Below, in pieces: positions 56,344-64,000 of a stretch of 64,000 nucleotides of DNA. The notes beneath the pieces are model-generated. The model did not search any database, had not been told where the DNA came from, and saw only the letters and a list, made by a program, of their open reading frames with translations. How positions within the stretch are numbered: position 1 is the stretch's first letter; the number at the start of each line of letters is the position of its first letter. The translations under genes were made by a program, and so were the position numbers. This DNA comes from an uncultured Gemmataceae bacterium (GTDB lineage Bacteria > Planctomycetota > Planctomycetia > Gemmatales > Gemmataceae), in contig CAVVPN010000011.1 in assembly GCA_963750165.1 (NCBI GenBank), forward strand, positions 832,001-896,000. The letters are read 5' to 3'.

Positions 56344-59300
56344 TCAGAACGTCTTGAGCAACTCGATCAGGGCCTTCTTGTCGTCGTCGGACATCTGGAG
56401 CAGGAACTCGAAGTCATGGCCGCGGTCCATGACGAAGTCGGGGCAGCGACTCGCGGCCATGAAGGCCGGGCCGACCTGCTCCTCGAACTCCTTCCGCCCG
56501 GGTTTCTTGCCCTCGGGGGCTCGCTGGTGCTCGATGACGAAATCGATCAGCGCCGACACGGCCGCCAGCTGCGCTTCCAGGGGGGCGTCCGGGTCGGTGT
56601 TGGCCAGCAGGTTCACCGGCACCCCCTCCGGGATCGGGCCGAAGCGGATGTCGCCGCCGCGGCCGGAGAAGAACTGCCCGAAGCCGAGGGCCACCAGCAC
56701 GGCCAGGAGCAGACAGGTGGCCCCGAAGAACTGCGTCAGCCGGTGCCCGAAGCCCCCCTTCGGCAGCCGGTGCAGTAGTAGCAATACTGTGACCGACCCG
56801 AAAAAGACCACGGGGACGAGTAGCGCCTGGACCCGCAGCAGAAAGCCCGATCCCTGCGTGCTCATGTCGAGCAGCATGAGGGTGGGCCAGAATTTGAAGA
56901 CGAAGATCATCGCGGCGACCCCCAGGAACAAGGCCGCGACGGTCAGCAGCCAGCGGATCGGCTCGAACAGGTATTCCAGCAGGGGCACCCGCTTTTCGAG
57001 CCGCTCGCGGAAGGAGAGGATCTGTCCGCTGAGCAGGAGCGTCACGCCCAGCAGCACGAAGGCAATCGACGGCAGCCACGGCACGAGGGCCACCCAGAAC
57101 GGCGACCAGCCGGTCAGGCCCGCCACCAGGACGGGGACCTGGTTGGCGTAGAACATCACCCAGGTTTCCTGCGCCGTCCGCCATACCAGGCCGCCGTCTT
57201 CCGCCAGCTGCTCGTTCACCTTCTTGACCACGTCGTCCTTTTCCTCGTCGGTCAGTTGGCTATACTTCTTCGCCTCGGACTTGCCCCCGGCTTTCGGCCA
57301 CAGGTGCTGGTGCAGGGCGTGGTAGTCGGACAGGTCGTCCTTCGTGACCCGCAGGCGCTTCGCGGGCCACAGCAGTTTCGCTGCGGCGTCGTCGAAGGCG
57401 TCCAGCCGGCCCTTGACCGAGGGGTCGTTGTTGAACCGGCCCAGGGCGTTATTGTGGAAGAACGGGGCCGTGGCCCAGATGCTGATGAGGGTGGGCACGC
57501 GGTAGTAGCCGCGGCCGCCGCCCGGAGCCTGGTAAGACTTGTCGGCCCCGGAGAGCGGGTCGCGATAGCCGACCCGGCCGACCGCGTCAAGTTCCTTGTA
57601 CGTCTGGGACGCGAAGTCCTCCCACATATGTCCGTGTAAGCCGTTGGTGGCCATCGCGCGTTGGGAGTTGGTCCGGGTGAGCGTCACTGGGATGCGCATA
57701 TCGGTGGACAGGTAGTTCTTCTTGCCCCAGTAGTCCGGGACGTTGACCGCCTTCTCGGCCCAGCGGGCGTAGGCCGGCGGCAGGACGCCGTCGCCGCGGG
57801 TGAGCCGGGTCAGGTCTTCCATCCGCAGGCGCAGCCCCCGTCGGGCCGCGGCCAGCTTCGTCGATTGTTCCGCCGTGAGGGTTTTCCAGTCCGAAGGGAG
57901 GCCGTCGGGCTGCGGCACTCCGTCGCCCTTGATCTGCTTCTCAATGTCCGGGTCATCCCCCGGCTGGATGCTTGAATGGCAGGCGATGCACCCTCGGGCA
58001 AAAGCCTTGCGGCCTGCCTTGTGGTCGTCGTGCATGGTGTCGCCGTCACCCTTCAGCTTGCCGATCTCCTTGACCCGTGCGGCGTTCTTCAGGCGCATGG
58101 GGTCGGTTGCTTTCATGAAAAACTGGAACATCGGCTCGACGCGGATCTTGGTCGCGTGCCAGAAGAGCGAGTTTTCCTCACAGACCTTGACTTTGAACGG
58201 CTCCTGCTTGCGGAAGCCCAGCAGCGGATTGTGCAGGCGGATCCATTGCTGATGGTAGGTGCCGATGTTCAGGTAAACCCGGGCCAGAGCCAGGTTGATG
58301 CCGACGCTGTCCGAGCCGTCGAGCAGCACGCGTGGCACGAATTGCGGGTTGGGGCTGTTGGGGTCGATGACTCGCAGATACGCCATGGTGTCCGGGCCGA
58401 TGGTCTCCTTCGGGTTGTGCTTGGCCCGCTCTCGGCGGGCCGGCAGGTTATAAAAGGCGTTGATGGTGTTGGCGTTGTTGATGTTGTCGGACGGGACCAG
58501 GGACGTGTCGATGGTTCCCGGCAACTGGACGTCGATCACCTGGGCAAGGAAGTTGTTCGCCTCCAGGGTGTTGGCGAAGATGTAACGGAAACGCAGGTAC
58601 TGGCCGCCGATGTTGTTCGACAGGTTCTCCCACTTCGGCGCCTCGGGATCGGCCGGCGGGTTGAGTGGGTGTGGGGCAATGTGGCAGAACCCACAGCTCA
58701 TGCCGACGCGGAAGGGGCGGATGGTGTCCGGCCGCGCGGCGTACTCGGGGTCGTTGTAGTAGCGAGCCGGGTCCTTCTCGCGGGCGCGCTTCCAGGCCGT
58801 CTCGGCGGCGCCCTTGAACTCCGGGTTCGGGAACAACCTCAGCCCGACGACGCCAGACGGATATCCGTAATACTCAGGGTTCGGCGCGTGGTTCACCCGC
58901 TCAACGTGGTTATCTGTCGGACGGTCGTAGCGGACGCCGTTGGCTTGCTCGGTCTCCTCCGCCGTCGGCGGCCGCATGCCCGGCTCGGAGAGTAGCCCCG
59001 CCTTGCCGAACCGCTTGCCGCGTTCCTGGCTGTCGATCAGCTTCAGCAGGTCGATCGAGCCGTAGCTGTTCCGGGAGAGCCAGTCCCAGAATGCCTCGTT
59101 GCCGCCGGTCCACAGCACCCAGGCGTTGCGGCCCTTGACCTCCTCCGCACTCAACTTCAATTTTTCGATGGGCGGGCCGCCCTTCGTGCAGTCCATGTCC
59201 TCGAAGTAATTCGCGGCGGCCGGCTTGTAATACCGCAGCGCCGCCTCCTCCAGCCTGCGCCGGCGTGACCGCCGCCCCGCCGAAATGTTTCTCCTTGGCC

Positions 59301-59395
59301 TCGTCCGGCGGCGGCGTGGTCGCGGCGCACCCGGCCAGGATGGTCACGAACAGAGGCAGGGTAAGCCACGCACACCGAGTCATCTTCATCGCCAT
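56344..59395 (-). CDS. Large di-heme c lipoprotein with a C-terminal TM insert; frameshift near 59255
   Basis: N-terminus MAMKMTR...TILAGC (lipobox) is in ORF 58910-59464. The body has CGFCH, CIACH, YYRVPTLISIWATAPFFHNN and about 4 TM helices. Confidence 0.8.
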
Positions 59396-59465
59396 GAGAC
59401 GACACCTTGTGTAGAGCCCCGGAGGGGCGACAGATGTTAGCCAGGGTGCCAACCCCTGAGACATT

Positions 59466-61052
59466 TCACGGTCCGATCATCAACCGGCCCACCCGCTCAG
59501 CCAGCGCCGCAATGGTCATGGACGGGTTGCGGCCGATGGCACGGGGCAGGATCGCGCCGTCCGTGACGTAAAGGTTGCGGTAGCCGAACACCTCCCCGCG
59601 GTGGTCCACGACGCCGTTTTCCCAGGCCGTCCCCGTTTTGCAGCCCCCGAGGGGGTGGACGGTGACCAGCGCCTTGAGCCACGACCAGTACCAGGGCACG
59701 TGCAGCGTCCCGCCACCGGCCTGCGACAGCTGCCGCTGTATGCCAAGGATGGAGTTGATGACAGGCAGGGACCGGCGCGGGTTCCAGGCAACCTTCAAAG
59801 TCGTTCGCCACGGCGGAAGCCAACCACGGCCCAGCGTGAGCCGGCCGTCGGCGGCATCGACCCCTTCGCCCAGCCAGACCATCGCGTTGCCCAGCGGGTT
59901 CTTCTCGTTGAGGCCGCGCCGCAGGTATGCGCGTAGCACCCAGGTGATCGGCCGGAGCCAGTCCCAGCCGCGCTTCGCCAGCACGGCGTTGAGCAACAGG
60001 TTCGGGAAGCCATCGTCCTCGATGAAAAACCGCTGCCCGTCCACGCTGCCGTCCATGAAGTCCAGGCCCGCCGAGATGGTAGGACCGATGGACTGCCGGA
60101 CGGTCTCGGCCTTTTGATACAGGTCCAACGTAAAGAAGTTGGCGTTGGCGCTCCAGTGCTGGCCGAGGAGTGGGCTGACTCCGGGCAACGTCCGATACTC
60201 GTCCCGGCAGCGCAATAACAACTCGGTCGAGCCGAGGGAGCCGGCGGCCAAAACCACCCGCTCGGCGCGCTCCTCGCCGGGAACCAGTCGGCCGTCGGTG
60301 ATGCGGTCGAACACCACCCGATACCCCTGCGGCGTGGGTTCGACGTATCGGACCAGGTGCAGCGGCCGGAACTCGGCGCCGCGCTGCTCCGCCGCCGGAA
60401 TGTAGTTCAGGTCCAGGGTGTTCTTGGCCCGCACGTCACAGCCGATGTCGCAGTTGCCCAGGTGGACGCACGTCCCTTGCCGCTGCCCCTGGGCGTTGAC
60501 CACCGGCTTCGAGTGCTTCGGGTCGAGGGGCTCGGGCAAGTCGTAGTTCCACTCCGGGTCGAAGGTCAGGGCCAGCGGCACGTCCTGGTAGCGGGCGGCG
60601 GCGCCGGTCTTTTCCGCGGCGTGCCGCAGGAGCTTGGCGCGCTGAGTGTGCTGGCCGGCGGGGATCGGCCGCACGCCGAGCATCTGGCCGACCTTCTCGT
60701 AGTACGGGGCCAGCTCCTCCAGCGTGATTTCCGGCGCCCAGCCCTCCCGGAAGCGCTCGGCATCGGCGCGCATCAGGACGCTGGAATAGCACAGGGAGCC
60801 GCCGCCCACACCGGCGCCCTGGGCCACGGCCATCCGCCGGAAGAAGCGCAGGTCCAGCCAGCCGTTGTGCTGCTCCGGCCGGGCGGCGTGGTAAAGCCAG
60901 GCGTCGCCGGGGCGGCGCGGGTACTGCTCGGGCGTCCAGCGCCGGCCCCGCTCCAGGACCAGCACCCGCGCGCCCGCCTCCGCGAGCCGGCAGGCCACGA
61001 CCGAGCCCCCGAACCCACTGCCAACGACGATCACGTCATACGCTCCGGCCAT
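59466..61052 (-). CDS. GMC oxidoreductase (cholesterol oxidase-like)
   Basis: DVIVVGSGFGGSV..RL, GAGVGGGSL, CVHLGNCDIGC..RAKNTLDLNY, LAAGSLGS, TVHPLGGC, GRNPSMTIAALAER. Confidence 0.9.
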   Translation of the reverse strand: MAGAYDVIVVGSGFGGSVVACRLAEAGARVLVLERGRRWTPEQYPRRPGDAWLYHAARPEQHNGWLDLRFFRRMAVAQGAGVGGGSLCYSSVLMRADAERFREGWAPEITLEELAPYYEKVGQMLGVRPIPAGQHTQRAKLLRHAAEKTGAAARYQDVPLALTFDPEWNYDLPEPLDPKHSKPVVNAQGQRQGTCVHLGNCDIGCDVRAKNTLDLNYIPAAEQRGAEFRPLHLVRYVEPTPQGYRVVFDRITDGRLVPGEERAERVVLAAGSLGSTELLLRCRDEYRTLPGVSPLLGQHWSANANFFTLDLYQKAETVRQSIGPTISAGLDFMDGSVDGQRFFIEDDGFPNLLLNAVLAKRGWDWLRPITWVLRAYLRRGLNEKNPLGNAMVWLGEGVDAADGRLTLGRGWLPPWRTTLKVAWNPRRSLPVINSILGIQRQLSQAGGGTLHVPWYWSWLKALVTVHPLGGCKTGTAWENGVVDHRGEVFGYRNLYVTDGAILPRAIGRNPSMTIAALAERVGRLMIGP

Positions 61053-61081
61053 GCTCCCTCCGACGGGGCCTGCCGCCCGGC

Positions 61082-62344
61082 TCAGTTGTGACTCGGGATG
61101 TCCTGCGGGATCCAGAAGTGCAACCGTTTGTCGCCCCCTTCCGAGACCACGTCCTCGGTGAACGCGATGGTGCCAATCCGCGTCCAGTCCTTTTCCCAGA
61201 AACTCTTGACGCTGATGGTGTAGACGAGGGCGTGGTTCGGGTAATGCTTCAGCCGCAATTCCTCCCGGAAGTCAGCCGCGACCACCCGGGGCGTGCCGTC
61301 CTGCACCTGCAGCATAAACAGGTCCGGCGTGACCACCTTGCTGCCTGGCTTCAGCCCGAGCGTGGACAGCGGGTGCAGCAGGCGGTAGCCCGGCCGGGTG
61401 TCCATCATGCGGAAGATGACGCGGTTAATGAAATTGGCTCCCGGGTCCAGGCCGATGGTGGGCTGGTTGGTCACGGGGATGTTGGTGATGTACTTCTCCC
61501 GTGTGCCGCTCAGGTGGCTGACCGTGACGAAGTTCCCCGGCTTGACTCTCAGGCCCCGGTCCAGGGTCGGAAACACCTTGCCGGCGATGCCGAAGGCGCG
61601 GCGCTGGCCGCGCATGATTTGCGTCCCGGCGACCGAGAGCCGGGCGATGACCAGTCCCTCCGAGCCTTTGGCGAAGTAGCCGGTGTAGGGCGAATCCTGG
61701 TCGATATGCCACACGCCAGTGTAGCAGATGCCGTTCGTGTGAATGAGCTTGTCGAACCGGGGCCGGAGGTCGCGCCGGTCGGCCAGGTTGCGGGCCGAGG
61801 CGTTGATGAGCTGGATGAACGTTCCCAGGCCGACCCCACGATGGTAGGGCAACTCCTGGTACGGCTCGCGGAAGACGACCTCCCGGACCTCCTCGAACGT
61901 GGAGCCGTCGTACTCGAAGACGTACTGACCTTTGGCCTCCGGTACGCTGTCTTCCGGGATGTCCCCGAGCGGCGGCGGGGTGCGCAACACCCAGATCAGC
62001 AGCGGCAACTGGATGAGGAACACTACCAGGTCGATGAGGCCCAGCAGGGGGTACTGTCCGGGGTACAGACACAGGAAGAACAGGGCCAGCAGCAGCCGCG
62101 CAGGCACCGCCAACTTGGCGCTGATGAGGCAGCGGTACGGGTCCATCGCCCCGGGGATGTAGAACAGCGACAGCAAAAACAGCAACAGCGCGGAGAAGGC
62201 GACCCACAGGGAGTTTTCGGTCGCCTTCAGCCCGGTGACGGACAGCGCCCAGTCCGGCGCGAAGACCGCTGGCACCGCCCGGAGCCAGTCCACCAGCACG
62301 CCCAGCCACAGGGCGCGACCCAACCAGACGGCAGGCTTGTTCAC
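61082..62344 (-). CDS. Membrane-anchored catalase-related (short catalase-fold) protein
   Basis: Four N-terminal TM helices, then KLIHTNGICYTGVW, IARLS, FGIAGKVF, NFVTV, which align with the catalase distal-His, ARFS and GxAxK motifs. GTG start after AGGAGG. Confidence 0.65.
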   Translation of the reverse strand: MNKPAVWLGRALWLGVLVDWLRAVPAVFAPDWALSVTGLKATENSLWVAFSALLLFLLSLFYIPGAMDPYRCLISAKLAVPARLLLALFFLCLYPGQYPLLGLIDLVVFLIQLPLLIWVLRTPPPLGDIPEDSVPEAKGQYVFEYDGSTFEEVREVVFREPYQELPYHRGVGLGTFIQLINASARNLADRRDLRPRFDKLIHTNGICYTGVWHIDQDSPYTGYFAKGSEGLVIARLSVAGTQIMRGQRRAFGIAGKVFPTLDRGLRVKPGNFVTVSHLSGTREKYITNIPVTNQPTIGLDPGANFINRVIFRMMDTRPGYRLLHPLSTLGLKPGSKVVTPDLFMLQVQDGTPRVVAADFREELRLKHYPNHALVYTISVKSFWEKDWTRIGTIAFTEDVVSEGGDKRLHFWIPQDIPSHN

Positions 62345-62381
62345 GTGACACCCTCCTGGGGCCGGCACAACGTTCCGCCGA

Positions 62382-63902
62382 TCAAAGTGTTTTCAGGTAC
62401 TCCACCAGGGCGCGCTTCTCATCGGCGGTCAACTCGGTCCCGTACTCTCTGCCCTCGTGGCCGCCGTTGCCGTTGCCCTGGACGCTGGTGTCGTAACGGA
62501 AGTACATCCGGTCGAGGAGTTCCTTCGGGGTGAAGCTCTGCTTCAGCGCATCGTCCAGTTGCAGGATCTCGTCGCCCTGGTGGATGAAGCCGACCTGTCT
62601 GCGGTCGTACACGTCGTAGCCGCGGTAGAACACCTTCGGGCGTTTCGCCTGCGGCTCCAGCAGGGCCTCCAGGGTCGGCACCGATCCGTTGTGCAGGTAC
62701 GGCGCCCGCAGCCACAGCCCGTCGAGCGGCACAGCGACGTACCCGGTCGTCTTGACGAAGTGCGTGAACCCCCACGGATACTGAGAATACTTCTGGTTGT
62801 AGATCTGCGCCGCCTGGCTCTCGCCGTTCTGCGTCCACATCTCCAGGCGGTTCCTGTCTGTCTTCACCTTGTCCAGGGGGATCACTGTGCCCGTGCGCTT
62901 GCCGCCGGGGCCGTGACAGGTGGCACATTGTTTCTCGAAGATCGGTTTGCCCTTCGTCTGCGCCAGGTCCCAGTCGATGGAATACGGGTACTTCGGCGGC
63001 CGCAGGCGCCGGATCCAGTCTTCCAGCTTCTTCAACTCTGCGACGGGCAGCGAGGCCGGCGTCGCGCCGTCGCCGATGGCCCCGCTCAGCACCACTTCGC
63101 GGAGGGAGGTGTTCAGGCCGTCCCAGTGCAGGGGGCTGTGTTCCCGGCTGGCGACGGTCCAGAGCGGTTCCATGTCCGAGTTGCCGACCGACGAATCCTT
63201 GGCCGGGTCCATGCCCAGTTGGTGGAACTTCACCGGGTTGAACGGGTCGATCCGCCCCCGACCCCAGGGCGGCCGTGTGTCGGTCCAGGCGAAGCGCTGC
63301 TTGGCCGCCAGCAAGGCCGACTTCGTCTGCGGGATGAGCACATGCCGGTACAGCGCCTGCTCCAGGGGGGACAGATTCACGTCATACGCGATGGCCGTGA
63401 GGATGTCGTCGGCGTTGAACCGTGGGTCATCGACGCACTTGAACAGAAAACGCTGGTAGCCGAGCACGTCGATGCGCGTCGCCGGGGCCCCGGGCACTAC
63501 CCGCGGCGCCTCCTGCGGGTCGGTGCGGTAGGTCCCCGAGTGGCACAGGGCGCAGTTGATACCGATCCGCGCGAAGCCGATCGTTTTCTTGGAGAAACCG
63601 ACGGGGACCTCCTGGCCCTCTTCCCAGACGAGCCCCAGCGAGGCGTACCCGCCTGGCCCCGGCAAATATTCCGAGAACATCCGCGGCAGCACCAGCCAGA
63701 TCCAGTAAGGCATGCCCTCAGGGCCTTCGGTGCCGATCGAGCCGTACTTGAATTGCTCCTCGAACGAGTCGAAGTGTTGTGGCTCCTCGCGGAACAGGTT
63801 GTACCACGCGCCGAAGGCGACTGCCCCGACGAGCACGAGCACGATGACCAGGATTTTCAGCCAGACCGGCCAGCGTTTGCCCGATCGCGCTTCACCGCCC
63901 AT
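62382..63902 (-). CDS. Membrane-anchored di-heme cytochrome c, RoxA/MauG-peroxidase-like
   Basis: N-terminal TM, FKYGSIG, NCALCH, QCATCH, YVAVPLDGLWLRAPYLHNGSVPTL, GNGNGGH, ALVEYLKTL. Confidence 0.8.
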   Translation of the reverse strand: MGGEARSGKRWPVWLKILVIVLVLVGAVAFGAWYNLFREEPQHFDSFEEQFKYGSIGTEGPEGMPYWIWLVLPRMFSEYLPGPGGYASLGLVWEEGQEVPVGFSKKTIGFARIGINCALCHSGTYRTDPQEAPRVVPGAPATRIDVLGYQRFLFKCVDDPRFNADDILTAIAYDVNLSPLEQALYRHVLIPQTKSALLAAKQRFAWTDTRPPWGRGRIDPFNPVKFHQLGMDPAKDSSVGNSDMEPLWTVASREHSPLHWDGLNTSLREVVLSGAIGDGATPASLPVAELKKLEDWIRRLRPPKYPYSIDWDLAQTKGKPIFEKQCATCHGPGGKRTGTVIPLDKVKTDRNRLEMWTQNGESQAAQIYNQKYSQYPWGFTHFVKTTGYVAVPLDGLWLRAPYLHNGSVPTLEALLEPQAKRPKVFYRGYDVYDRRQVGFIHQGDEILQLDDALKQSFTPKELLDRMYFRYDTSVQGNGNGGHEGREYGTELTADEKRALVEYLKTL

Positions 63903-63914
63903 GACGCCCTCCTT

Positions 63915-64000
63915 TCACGAAGCCTCGGCCATCGGCCCATCGAGCAAGGTCAGGAGCAACAGCGTCCCTTGCAGCACGGTGAGGGTCAGGTCGATGTACC
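63915..64000 (-). CDS. 3' end of a membrane protein continuing beyond the window
   Basis: ...YIDLTLTVLQGTLLLLTLLDGPMAEAS-TGA, ending just before the RBS of 63902. Confidence 0.55.
   Translation of the reverse strand, partial: YIDLTLTVLQGTLLLLTLLDGPMAEAS

Overview
GC-rich bacterial window that looks like a planctomycete (Gemmataceae-like), judged from DUF1592-type and PVC-type CxxCH proteins, an ECF sigma factor paired with Ser/Thr kinases, and typical short repeats. Most of it is accessory DNA. Layout: (1) 1-9.2 kb, three planctomycete c-type heme proteins. (2) 9.3-16.7 kb, REP-like palindromes, two low-GC orphan genes separated by an integron attC-like site, a MarR gene with a triple-esterase gene, and a 3' fragment of tRNA-Phe flanked by arm-like repeats (att site). 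(3) 17-40 kb, an ECF sigma with two duplicated TPR kinases, a Kelch-tyrosinase-redoxin fusion, SMP-30, an OprB porin, an NTF2-like protein, USP and an RND pump; a 47-bp conserved promoter motif occurs twice here. (4) 40-48 kb, a group II intron RT fragment, a methyltransferase, a candidate sRNA, three IS elements, a MITE and a second attC-like site. (5) 48.4-50.9 kb, a B12-dependent radical SAM RiPP methyltransferase whose probable precursor peptide (...NISVHVSVEC) is hidden by a 1-nt frameshift. (6) 51.2-64 kb, an operon of two di-heme c proteins (one RoxA/MauG-like), a catalase-like protein, two GMC oxidoreductases and a patatin/cPLA2-like membrane lipase. About 15 frameshifts in otherwise intact genes suggest long-read consensus errors. 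All family calls come from motif recognition, not database searches.
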